Origin: Craspedostauros australis
Lineage: Eukaryota
Assembly (NCBI GenBank): GCA_030167865.1
Contig: JALAGF010004049.1
Location: forward strand, 1-64,000
DNA: 64,000 nucleotides
Direction: 5' to 3'
Under the pieces are notes generated by a model. The model saw nothing but the letters and a program-made list of their open reading frames with translations. It did no database searches and was not told the DNA's origin. This document shows, piece by piece, positions 47,801 to 58,793 of this stretch (within the stretch, counting starts at the first letter, position 1; every line of letters begins with the position of its first letter). The position numbers and the translations under genes are program-made.

Positions 47801-50800
47801 ACGCAGCTTGGAGATTGATCATAGCATAACAGCACTCACCCGCAAACCTGTCGAGGAGAGTCCTCGGCGACACTTTCCATTTCCCCAGGAGCCGACTGGC
47901 CTCCACGAGCACAGCAACAGCTGCCCTGCCGTGTGCTGCACTTCCATTTGCTCCACTCTTCTCGTATCCGTACCGTACCCTACCGCACTCCACCAACATG
48001 ATGATCGCATCCTCGTGTCTGTTGTTGTCCGTGATTCCATTGCGAGAGGCAAGGGGAGGAGAAGCGAGACCAAGCGTCATGGGAGAAGATCATAGATCGT
48101 CATGGCCTGCGTGAACGTCATTGGCCCGCTTTTGCAGGGGATGGCGAATGATGCGCGCAGGGCGTCCTCATGGTCGATCGGGTGGTTCGTCATTTGACTG
48201 GAAACCGAGGCGAGATGTCAATGGATCGCGCTGACATTTGACGAAGTTGTTGACGACTCCAGAGGAACGTTCTCCCGGTACCATTTCGTTCTGCATCCGC
48301 AAACGCCGCGATGGTGTTTGTGAGGTTTAGCCCGACTAACCACCGAAGATGATTTCGACCACAGATCAACGAAGATGCTTGGCCCAGATAGTAGTACCAT
48401 CGCCATACACGCACACTCTGCGGACATGCACCGCGCATCTTGGAACACAGTTCGAGACACGTTGCCATCATGTGACAGTGACCCACGACCTCTTCGCCGA
48501 CTGGCACCTGCGGGTATCCCTCGCAAATAGCCACAGAGGCAGGTCTGTCACATCGCAAGACAGATCTGTCCCAGTATCCTCCCTCTCTCCTTCTCTCCAT
48601 CTCTGTCTTTGAATTGGCACATCTGGCAATGAGAATACAACCAATTGCACCGATTGGTTCTGCTGCAATTGAAACGGGAAGACTTGCGGTACCATTTGAA
48701 CCACTTCATTTATTCATCACCTTCGCACGTAGAATATGATACGTCGTTGCAACGGTGCGATACGATCACGAGTGTACGTATTATCACTTGTTACTTGTCA
48801 TTATTATAATAGTTGTTAGTTGTCATCCCGCAAAGCGTACGCCATATAATACAACCCGTACTATTGCATGACTCGTTGTGCCGCCTCCTCGAGCACTTCC
48901 AGAGTTGCTGGGAATGGCCATCATCATTGGTCTGAGCTGGCATGTGAGTGTGGGTCTCAATGTGTGCGAAAGCCGCACGCGCAACTTCGGAAGACGATAT
49001 CGCAATGCCCCTCCTGTGTGTAACGGCGTGGCGCGCCATCATGGTGACTGTTTGGTGAAGTGCTCTGATACTCCTCCCTATTGGTTCTCGGCGCCATTGT
49101 CCTTCCTTGCCACCACTCGTTGCCATGAACATCGCGCGAGTACGCACACAACTGGAGTGACATCGACATCTTCCTTCGAACTGGAAATGTGATGGCAGTG
49201 TGTGGATGGTACGAGCATGAGTATGTATTGTACGAATACCATGCACTGCGGGTCCTCATCCAGCAGACGTCTGGGTCTACCCTGCTCTGCTTGTGCTATT
49301 GTCCATCAATGACAAACCATAGTCCGAAGGAAAGAGAGAAGTTCTCACCTTCTGTCATACCTCGGACCAGGGCGAAACATCGGATACGCTTTACCGCCAA
49401 AACATCCCTTGTGCCAAACACCTCGGAGCACAAGCACTCGTACGTCTGGTACGAGGAGACGGAGGACTTATCATGCCCACGATTGATGGGACGCAAGCCA
49501 AACACACGAAATTCAGGTGGACGTGCAAGAGGAGGAATTCCCATTGTGGGATCTTGTGAACGGCGGTGGACAAGGCGGGAAGGAGGCAGGGATCGGGCTT
49601 GTGTTTTGAGAGGATGTGACAGCTGGATGGGGCCATACGTATAGTAGTGTGATGCGAGCATGGCAAAATGCTGTCAAAAGATCATTGCACGATCAGCCAC
49701 GAACTTCTCGTTTCACAGGTTCGGAGGTGGAAGTGCCGACCATCGCAGTATGCTCGGAGGATCACAAGTACAAACAGAAGCACAAATGGACGCAGGAATA
49801 GGAGTTGGAGGATATTCGTTGAGCAGTAGCGCTCTGGCCCTCCTGCTCTTCCAACACGAGTGCGCAGCTCCGCTCCTTCAGAGAAAGGAGCTTGGTGAAC
49901 TGAACCCCAGGCCAACTCGCTGCTTGGCCAGCCAATCGATTGCACTTCCAACTTGGTCGGATTGACACGGCTCCTCAGTGAAACATACTGGTAGCGCGGT
50001 ATGACGGCACAGCTGATGTCGCTGCCGGAAAGGATGAGACTCGCCGCGACGATACCTTGCGAACAACACGCGTGATGAAGCGAAATTCTCATCGCCCAGC
50101 ATCAAGCTCGGAATGTCCTCATGCTTCATCTTGTGATCTGTTTTCTGCGCCGTGGCTTGTACGCAGAGCGAGTGTGCCGAAAAGCCCTCTCGGCTGATGA
50201 TGATTCAATCGTTGTGGGCACGTATTGATTCGCCGGACAACTCAAACGCACCAAAGTGACGCAGGAGGCGAACACATCAACAATAACGAAACTGCAATTG
50301 GGACCACATTTATGGCTCCAACCTTGTTGACCAACCATCTGTTCCCCTTGCGAACGACCGCATCATCACACTTGTGATAGGAGTTGGAGGCGGGGGGAGA
50401 AACGTGCAAAGTCCACCTGTTACCGAACACGACAGACTATTTGCATTTATGGTACATGTCAACCAAAGAACAATGCGAATCAGTGGCCTGTCGCAGTAGA
50501 ACCCACCACAAGCAGGTCTGGATGCGATCATGGTTTGTCTAACATCTCGCCGACAGTTTGGGCTATGGCCAGCATAGCCCAAACAAGGAGGACAAGGGAA
50601 GATTGTGAACAACTGCGAAACTCTCTTCTACCCTTTGTATTCTACAATCCTATACCATACTCCATCAAACGTATGTATCTCTCCGTCTCAGAGGAGCGCG
50701 TCTCTTTCGACGAAGAGGTCCGGACAAGCGATGAGAAAGAAAGGGGAAGCTCATTGCGACACAACCAAGACCAAGTCGAAGCACGAGAAAATAGCATTAT

Positions 50801-52785
50801 GCGCACGAGTCGCCTTTCCTTGCCGGATCAAGGCCATGGCCACGGTAGTGTACAAGGCATCAAACAAACAAGCAAGGGTGCAAACAGACGCACAACTAAC
50901 ATCCGTCCTCGCTTTGTGGCTTCAACAGCCATACAATATTATCATAGCCAAACACAAAACAGTGTAGGACTGTACAGAACAGAACAGCCTCGCGATGTCT
51001 GCGATGATGCTGGAATGAGGCTACACAAGCCCAATGACGCCTTCCTCATTCCGTTGCACCAGTCGCTTGTGAATGATGCCCGCAGCAACGAAGACTGACG
51101 TCACAGTAACATAGAGTACTGTTCCATCTAAGAAATGCACACAAGGCGGTGATGCTTGCCAAGCTCACGATAAATGCGAGCATGTGTGGCCGTGGTAATA
51201 TCGCGTGTCTGGAACTCGATATGTCTCTCCCTTTGTGCAAACCTCCTGGGCGAACGCACAATGGAAGACCATTATTCGCTTCCCCATCCGCTGACGGCGC
51301 GCGAAAGCGATGATTGCGCTTGTGTGTCAAGTTGCTGTGGGGCGGTTGTTTTGGGGGGCATGCACACACCATCACAACACCTTGGCGGAATACCTCCCAT
51401 GTACAAACGTGGCAGAAACGAACTATTCCACGCACTCTGCTCTATGTTCCTGAAATCTTCATCGAAGATGACATCTCCCAACACAAACGCTGTTATCACC
51501 ATGAGCAGTGGACAATCTCATTTCTGTTGTACCAGCGACACCATCAGCGCCAACGGCACGAAGCAGCTCCCCATGGCTGCAACACCTACCGTATGAAGCA
51601 GCTCCAAGGGTGCAGCTCAAGCCGCCGTCCAAACTCCACCTCGTGCATCATCAATCACTCACCGGAAGGGTTTGGAGGAGTATCGCTGCGTTTCCGTAAC
51701 CACAAGTCGGCGGTGCATTGAGAATGATGGCTACTTAGAGCGGACGTGCCAGCCAAGATCCATTTTGCGGACCACGAGCAACATCTGTGCTCTGAAAACC
51801 CTGCATTCTCCCCAGGAGCGTTTGGTTACTCGCCTATCTTAAGTCATGGGTGTTTGGGAACTGCGGTGCATAAAGGACAAATCCTCTCGTCGGAAGTTGG
51901 TTGCCTTTGCTATTATTGGATGGTATCTTGGGAGGTCGGAGCGAAACACGTGTCTGATTACCAGTTTCGTTTGGGCATTTGTCGGACTTCTTCCCCTTGC
52001 CACTGTGTTGTGCCGAACGTGCAGTCAGCCTTTCCTGTTGACAACTGCCTGCTGGTACCGCGTTGCGTGGTGTGGCTCGTGGAGTATGGCCTTGTGTGGT
52101 TGTGTGGTTGCGTGGGGTTTCTCTCGCATTGTTGTCTCGTTGTCTCACTGTCTCAGCGATGTGGTGCCTTGGCCATTCTTCCCTCTTCTGTTTCGCATCA
52201 CATTCCACACACTCCGATCGTATCACACAGCACCGTCGGCCTTTCTTTTATCCAAGCTAACAGCCATCCTCCAAACTCGCTTCGGAAACACGTGAAGTCC
52301 CACGCACACATCGGAGGCTGGTGACGTGATCCATTCTCAGTTCTCACAATTCCTTTGTAGCGCCAACGTTGCTTGTGCCCTCTCTTTCATCACATCGACC
52401 ATCATCACGTTCATCATCACGTTCATCATCATCATCTCTACGATCTCAGCAGGGGGGAAGCAACCACACTGTAAACAATACACATCCATACACATCCATA
52501 CACCCACACGCACATCCACACCCGCACCAACCAATCCAACACCACAACATCACGACATCACATCACAACGCAAACAGATTGCTTTCATCCCCTCTCATCT
52601 TGTGCTCAATCCACAACATCCACAAGACGACATTGTGCACATCATTACCAAAAACGTCAGTGCTATCACGTTCAACTTCAACAGCCCTCCTCACGATTTG
52701 CAACAGTTCATCAATAGTCGATCACCGATCATCCTAACCCAGTGGCTCCATTACCCACGGCCGCTCATACAACCAGGGCGACAGC

Positions 52786-54747
52786 ATGATGCAGACGATG
52801 AACTTCACACACGGAGATCTCCATGAACGTCCACAATCACGGCCACGCACGCAACCAGGCCACCAGGCATCACCATCAACAGTCACAGTAACATCATCAT
52901 CCACAGTTGCATCAGCAGCACCAGCGTCTTCAGCAGATTCGGGATATCCAACAAAGGTAGATGCGACGCATGCCATCAACCGCCAGCTACCCTTCGACGC
53001 GTGGGCCATGCCCGTACCGTCCGACTCGTTCCATCTCGGGGCGTGTCTGGAGCCAACCCCCATCGCGAGCGACGGCATGAAGGTCGTCAACTCCCTCCCC
53101 CTGGCCTCGGGTTCATCGCTGGGCCCGGACCTTTCGTGCTTCCGCGACGTGGCGCAGGACATCTTGCTGCTGCAGGACGTCCTCGTTTGCCGCAACCCTG
53201 ATGATGGGCATGATCACTGCCATCCTCCTCACGAATGCGCCATCCCCTTCCAACCGACTTCTTCGCAGCTCCTGTCTCGATCTCCATTCGATCCTCTCTC
53301 AATGGCGAACTGCGCAGCATCCCATGGAACTCACATGCCTTCCACGGAAAGGCCTGCCAAGGCTCCGATGGCGCTGCCTCATCCTTCGCACACGCAGTCA
53401 CACACTTCTATACCTCCAAATGCACATACATATGCACATGCACATGCACATACATATCCATATCCATTCGATCATTCATTCGACCAATCATATCCATACG
53501 CACGCACGCAGATGAATATGCACGAGGAAAATCTATCACAGGAGGTCCGAACGATCGCAGCACAGGCCTGCCACCACCCAACACACAACGAGGCTTTGGC
53601 GCATGCCACGGGGCTGCTGCAGAAGCACCAGCCGCAACGCCACCAAGACCAGCACTGGAGGAGCATGGTCAATGCCGTCGCCGATGTCAACCCGGCCGTC
53701 CACGCAGGCGACAGCCGCAGCTGTCTGGAGCCGGCGACGCTTCGCAAGGAGCTGGATGACTGCAACGACATACTGGGTGGTGAGGAGCTCTTGGGAGAGC
53801 ACCAACACCATGACCATCAACGCCAGCAGCAACGCTCCACTGCGTCTGCTGGTACTGCCACCACACAGCACGCCCATCCCGCCATGCTATCGCAAGCAGC
53901 TGGCAACATCGAGAATCACAGAAGCCCGCTGCCACCGAACGGCACTGACGTCCCTCTTCACGTGGCCAGCGCATGCGACGAGAAGATGCCGATTCGCAAG
54001 GATGGCAGCGATGTGGATCTGGCGAGCGCAGCAGACGCCGGCGCCACGAACTCTCACGATCCCAACGAAGGGCTCCAGTCCACCGGCCCTGCCAGAGCCG
54101 CCAAGAGACGCAAGATCTGCGACAGCGATAGCAGCGTTGGCTCCGACAGCAACGCTGCGCCCACCACGAGCATGTACGCGGAGAATTGGAACCGACGGTA
54201 CAAGCAGCTCGTGGCATACAAGCAGCGCTTCGGGCACTGCCATGTCCCCCACATCACAGGCGGTGCCAACGGCAACAACAGCGCCTCGACTGATGACAGC
54301 GGCGGAGACAATGGCAACGCTAACACCACCAACTGCGGCACCGGCACCGGCAAGAACTCCTCCCACCAATCCAGCCTCGCTCACTGGGCTCGCCGCCAAC
54401 GCCATCAGTACAAGCTCAAGATGCAAGGCAAGTCCTCGAGCCTCAGCAACGAGCGACAGGAGGCGTTGGAGGCGCTTGGCTTTGTTTGGGACCCCAACAA
54501 CGCGGCCTGGGAGGAAAAGTACCAGCAGCTCGTGGACTTTGCCAAGGAGCACGGCCACAGCCAGGTGCCACGCTGGTTCGAGCAGAATCCGCCCCTGGCG
54601 ATTTGGGTCAAGTGCCAGCGTCGACATTTCGCGCGGATGAAGAAGCAGGCGGGGTTAAGGACGTCTCTCACGCCGGATCGAATCCGAAGGCTCGAGATGC
54701 TGGGCTTCGTTTGGTACGCGAAGGCCAATCCATGCCGAAGGAAGTAA
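52786..54747 (+). CDS. HA-HA protein 4 (653 aa), with a His-rich segment and an insertion in HA repeat 1
   Basis: WNRRYKQLVAYKQRFGHCHVP-[insertion]-LAHWARRQRHQY...LEALGFVWDPNNAAWEEKYQQLVDFAKEHGHSQVP...LAIWVKCQRRHF...LEMLGFVW; NLS-like AKRRKI. Confidence 0.93.
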   Translation: MMQTMNFTHGDLHERPQSRPRTQPGHQASPSTVTVTSSSTVASAAPASSADSGYPTKVDATHAINRQLPFDAWAMPVPSDSFHLGACLEPTPIASDGMKVVNSLPLASGSSLGPDLSCFRDVAQDILLLQDVLVCRNPDDGHDHCHPPHECAIPFQPTSSQLLSRSPFDPLSMANCAASHGTHMPSTERPAKAPMALPHPSHTQSHTSIPPNAHTYAHAHAHTYPYPFDHSFDQSYPYARTQMNMHEENLSQEVRTIAAQACHHPTHNEALAHATGLLQKHQPQRHQDQHWRSMVNAVADVNPAVHAGDSRSCLEPATLRKELDDCNDILGGEELLGEHQHHDHQRQQQRSTASAGTATTQHAHPAMLSQAAGNIENHRSPLPPNGTDVPLHVASACDEKMPIRKDGSDVDLASAADAGATNSHDPNEGLQSTGPARAAKRRKICDSDSSVGSDSNAAPTTSMYAENWNRRYKQLVAYKQRFGHCHVPHITGGANGNNSASTDDSGGDNGNANTTNCGTGTGKNSSHQSSLAHWARRQRHQYKLKMQGKSSSLSNERQEALEALGFVWDPNNAAWEEKYQQLVDFAKEHGHSQVPRWFEQNPPLAIWVKCQRRHFARMKKQAGLRTSLTPDRIRRLEMLGFVWYAKANPCRRK

Positions 54748-55570
54748 CGGTTCGCACGCGGCAGCACCTTCAACCCAAGAACAGAGTGGATCCGATTGTC
54801 GATCGTCGATCGTCGTGGACGCTATTTTACGAGTATTCGTAGCCACCATGATGATCGAAGAACGATGACGGAACAGCAAGTGCAGTCGCTCGCCCATGAA
54901 GAGGCGGCAGGCTTGACCGCCGACCATGACCGTCGATGCATTCGCACGTCCCTTGCATCGGTTCCCATATTTGACCATCTCCCATCATTCTATTTCATAA
55001 ATCCATGATTAGCACTATCAATCATCATCACTCTACGACTCTACCATACCAGTACCATACTTCGCTGTACCATCCTTTGGCAATGCTCCGCCAAACGATT
55101 GATCATGCAGGGATGGCAGAGCATCGATACTCTACGACTTGGACAAGTGCCGGCACAATTGGTGGGACCGCATTCTTGCATGAGTGTGCATACGTGGCTT
55201 GTGGTGGTATGGCACGACGATGATGCACCGCACACGTCATACGAACGTGTGTGTGTATGTGGGTGCGTGTGTGTATGTTGACTCACTGCGCCTTAATTTG
55301 CTTACCAGGATGCAGCAGCTTTCTCTGCAATTGTGGCAGAGTATTTGTGCTGTGTGTATTCGCGCTATACCCACGGTCTGATTCGTCGTGCCGGAGTGCG
55401 AATGGGCATCCCGACCCGGTATTATCGCACCATACGTGCCGTACGTAGCATTCTTACCGTGTGTGTCTGCCATGCTTTCCTACCTTGCTACCTGTTGAAC
55501 TCGAAGATGTTGCAGTATTGGAAACCACTCCAAACCACTCCACTCCACGATACTCGCTAGCTCTTTGGTC

Positions 55571-58500
55571 CTAGTATATCCCCGGTTGGTTGTACAGACC
55601 CGATGTCACGGCCGACGCACCCATGAGGTGGTATCCATGATCATCGGCCATGTAGAGCCAGGCGACGGATAGCAGCATGAGGCTAGCCAAGACGTAGAAA
55701 GTGGTGGAGACGATTCGCAGCGGCGCCTTGATGAAGACCGTGTTGAGAGTCCCGAAGACGATGTAGAAGAGCAGCCCGATGAAGATCGACATCACGTCTG
55801 GACCAGGATCGGACGGTGGTGGCGACGACGGCTTCTTTTCCTTTGGCTTCTTCGTCTTCTTGCCCTGCTTTGCGGCAGCCGCATCTTCGGTGGTGGGGAC
55901 ATCGATGTCGTTGGGAACCGCGAGGTTGCCCGTTCCGACGCCGACCTCTCTGACGTCCTTGGGAGGCGACATGGAGGGTGGGGCCATCGAGGGGTCCATG
56001 CCAGCGGGCGGTGCTGATTGCACTGCCATCTGCACCTGCTCTTCCACCTGTCGCTGAGCTTCCTGCTGCATCTGCATGAGCTGCTGTTGCTGCTGGTAAT
56101 GCTGCTGCTCCAGCTGCTGCTGATGGAAAGACTCGAGCTCCTGTGTGACCTGGGATATCTGCTGCTGGACCTGGTCCTGCACCTGGCTGTGCGTTTGCAT
56201 GAGTCCCATGGCCGTGCTGAAGAGGCTGGCGCAGTAATGCTCGCGGCACATCATTGCACCTTCGTAGACCTCGTCCAAGGAGTAATCCTTCTCGTTGGCA
56301 TTCTCGTCGATGTAGGTGACGTTGCCGAGCGGCCTGTCGAGTTCGTCGACGTTGCCCGCGACCTTCCATGACTGCGGGTTGTCGATGGCGTTGTTCCCGT
56401 TGGCAACGAGGTTGTTGGGGGCATTGAAGGCATCGTCGCCAGGTCCAGATGCCACGACGGATGGAATGACGCCGTCGACGGCGGACTGGATGAAGTATCG
56501 AACCGCGGCTTCATTGCTGAGGCAGAGCAAGGAGCCGTCCGCGCTGATCTTGGCCACAACCTCCAGGCTGGATGGCGTGGAGACGTGGGCCTGCTTCCCG
56601 TAGGATGACGAGTCTGATGTGGAGGCCAGGTGGAAGAGGTCTGGTTCGGTCTCGATTCCGTAGGGTCGGCGGATGACGAAGGTGGCGACGTCGGTGGAGT
56701 ATTCGTAGGGGATGCAGTTCGCCGCCTGGACGAAGTGTCCCTGGAGCTTGCGCTCGGTGGCCTGCCTGTTGGTCAAACCTGACTTGGCGCTGGATTGATC
56801 GTCACCGAGCATCGCACCGGACGCATCTTCCCCGCCCTGCTGCGTGATGGCGGCAGCATCTTCGCCGTTCTGATCCAACAGCTTGTGACGAGGATACGGA
56901 GTGGCCATGCGCCGTGGGCGTGCCTGTTGCTGATCAGGTGTGAAGATACCACCACGGGGCGTGGTGGGACCGCCAGGTGGTGACATGAATCCAAACTGTA
57001 CCACGTAGAATGCAGTGTGCAACATGCAGCATGGTGATGGAGTGGCAGATGACAAAGAGATAGAAGGTGAGGGGAAGCGAGAAGATTCATGAATGTGAGT
57101 ATTTGGCAGGTGGGAAAATTCACGATCTCCGCTGCCCTCAGTCGTGTGTGACCCCGTCCAACCCACTCCACATCATTTCCACTCCAATCCACACCATTTC
57201 GCTTCATTCAAGTACACGATCCAAGTCAATCAGTCAACCAATTGATGTTCTGTGACTCACCTGTCCTGGCATATTGGACGTGGGTGTTGTCGCGCTGCCC
57301 GATGCGACCATGTTCTGAAGCTGCGCCCTCGCCCATTTGACGGCAACGGCTTCTCCTTGGGTGTCGGCGAGATCGACCATGGTCTTGAATTCCATGGGCG
57401 AGGCGGAGGCATCCGTCTGCTTGGCGAGGACACCTGCGAGATGCGCCTCGAGCTCTGCTTCTCGGCGCATGGCATCCTGCTTTTCCTGTTCCACTCGTTT
57501 CCACGCGTCCTCGAGACGCTTGATGGTCTCCGACTGCGTTGCGGCGGGCTGCACGTCGGGAGTGGAGACGGACGCTGGATCGGAACCGGAAGGCGGTGCC
57601 TCGTCTGGTTGCGCTTCGAATTTGGTGGGCGAGGCAACGAGAGGCGGGACCTGCTGCTGCGCGAAGGCGTCCGCGTGATCATCGCGCAAGGATATCTTCT
57701 TCATGGTGGGCGGGGTGTTGGCCACGGAGCGCATGGCGGTGATGAATTCCTTGCGCGCGGTGCTGGGCGGTGCGACGCTGCCTCCAGGCGCGACGGATGG
57801 CGTCTTTCTGACATCCGGCGTGGACGCAGACGCCATGGTCGTCGCGGGTGTGGACGGTGGGTGTCCCGATGCGACGGGCGCGTCCTTGGTGGCATCGTAG
57901 TTGGCGTCTTCGGATGGGTCCGTGAGGTTCCTTGGCGAAGAGGATCGTTGGCGCGCCTCCTGGGAGACCTTGGGCGCCTTGACCTGGGGCGGGCTGAGGA
58001 GGCTGGAGGCGGAGATTGGCTGCGGTCGTCCGCGTGGATTCTTTGGCTTCGCAGCAGTTGCAGCTGCTGGTGGGAGGGACGCAGCGGTCGTCGCTGGTGG
58101 GGCGGCGGAGGATCGCGTGATGCGGAGATTGCCGCTGCCCGGGGCCGGCGGCACCTTGGTCGGTGACTTGTTCGCTGCCCTCGGAGGTGGCGGAGGAGGG
58201 CGCGCCGGTGGAGCGGACTTGGCGCGTGTGCGCTTGGGTGGGCTCGGCGGCAAGTTGTTGGTGCGACCGGCCTGGACCGTCTCCGGTGCTGCGGATGCCG
58301 ATCCCCTTGCGGAAGAACCTCCACCGAAGGACTGTTCCAAGCGGCGTGCCGTGGGAGGAGGACGCGGCCCACCGGCTGGGACTCTGCCACGCGAGGTTGC
58401 CGACACGCCGCTGCGGCTGCGACTCGCGCTCTGGCTTCGCCTGGAGGATGGCGCGGACGAAGACGAAGACGATGACGCAGTGGCAGAGGTAGAAGTGGAG

Positions 58501-58793
58501 GTAGAAGCAGACGAGGAGGAGGAGGACTTGGGCACGCGGGGGAAGAGATCGGAATTGCGAGTGGGTGGCGGGGCTCTGCGCGATGGTGGCTGCAGTCTGG
58601 ATCGGCGCAACGGATCGCCAGGTGCTGCGGAAGATGATCTGCCTGCTGAGGCGGCGGCAGGTCGCAGGGGAGGACCAGAATCCGCCGACGTGACAGCCCC
58701 GGTCGTCAATGCCTGCAAGCGACGCAGCTCTGCACGGCGACGCGCCATGTTGTCATCGGTGGTGTTATCGAACCTGGCGGCGGCTGCGGACAT
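55571..58793 (-). CDS. Two-exon gene for a Pro/Ser-rich disordered protein with a coiled coil and two C-terminal transmembrane helices; function unknown
   Basis: ORFs 57234-59246 and 55571-57166 join through intron 56996-57260 (CAG|GTGAGT...TACAG|TTT, phase 0; ...NMPGQ|FGFMSPP...). The first in-frame ATG is 58793. The frame is open to about 59250, so an upstream exon is possible. Confidence 0.82.

Noticed and set aside
44894-51721. Many 100-260 aa ORFs in the divergent intergenic region
   Set aside because: None shows a domain motif or coding-like bias by eye.
23444-54747. Annotating the HA genes as helicases
   Set aside because: None of the four has Walker A/B or DExD/H motifs.
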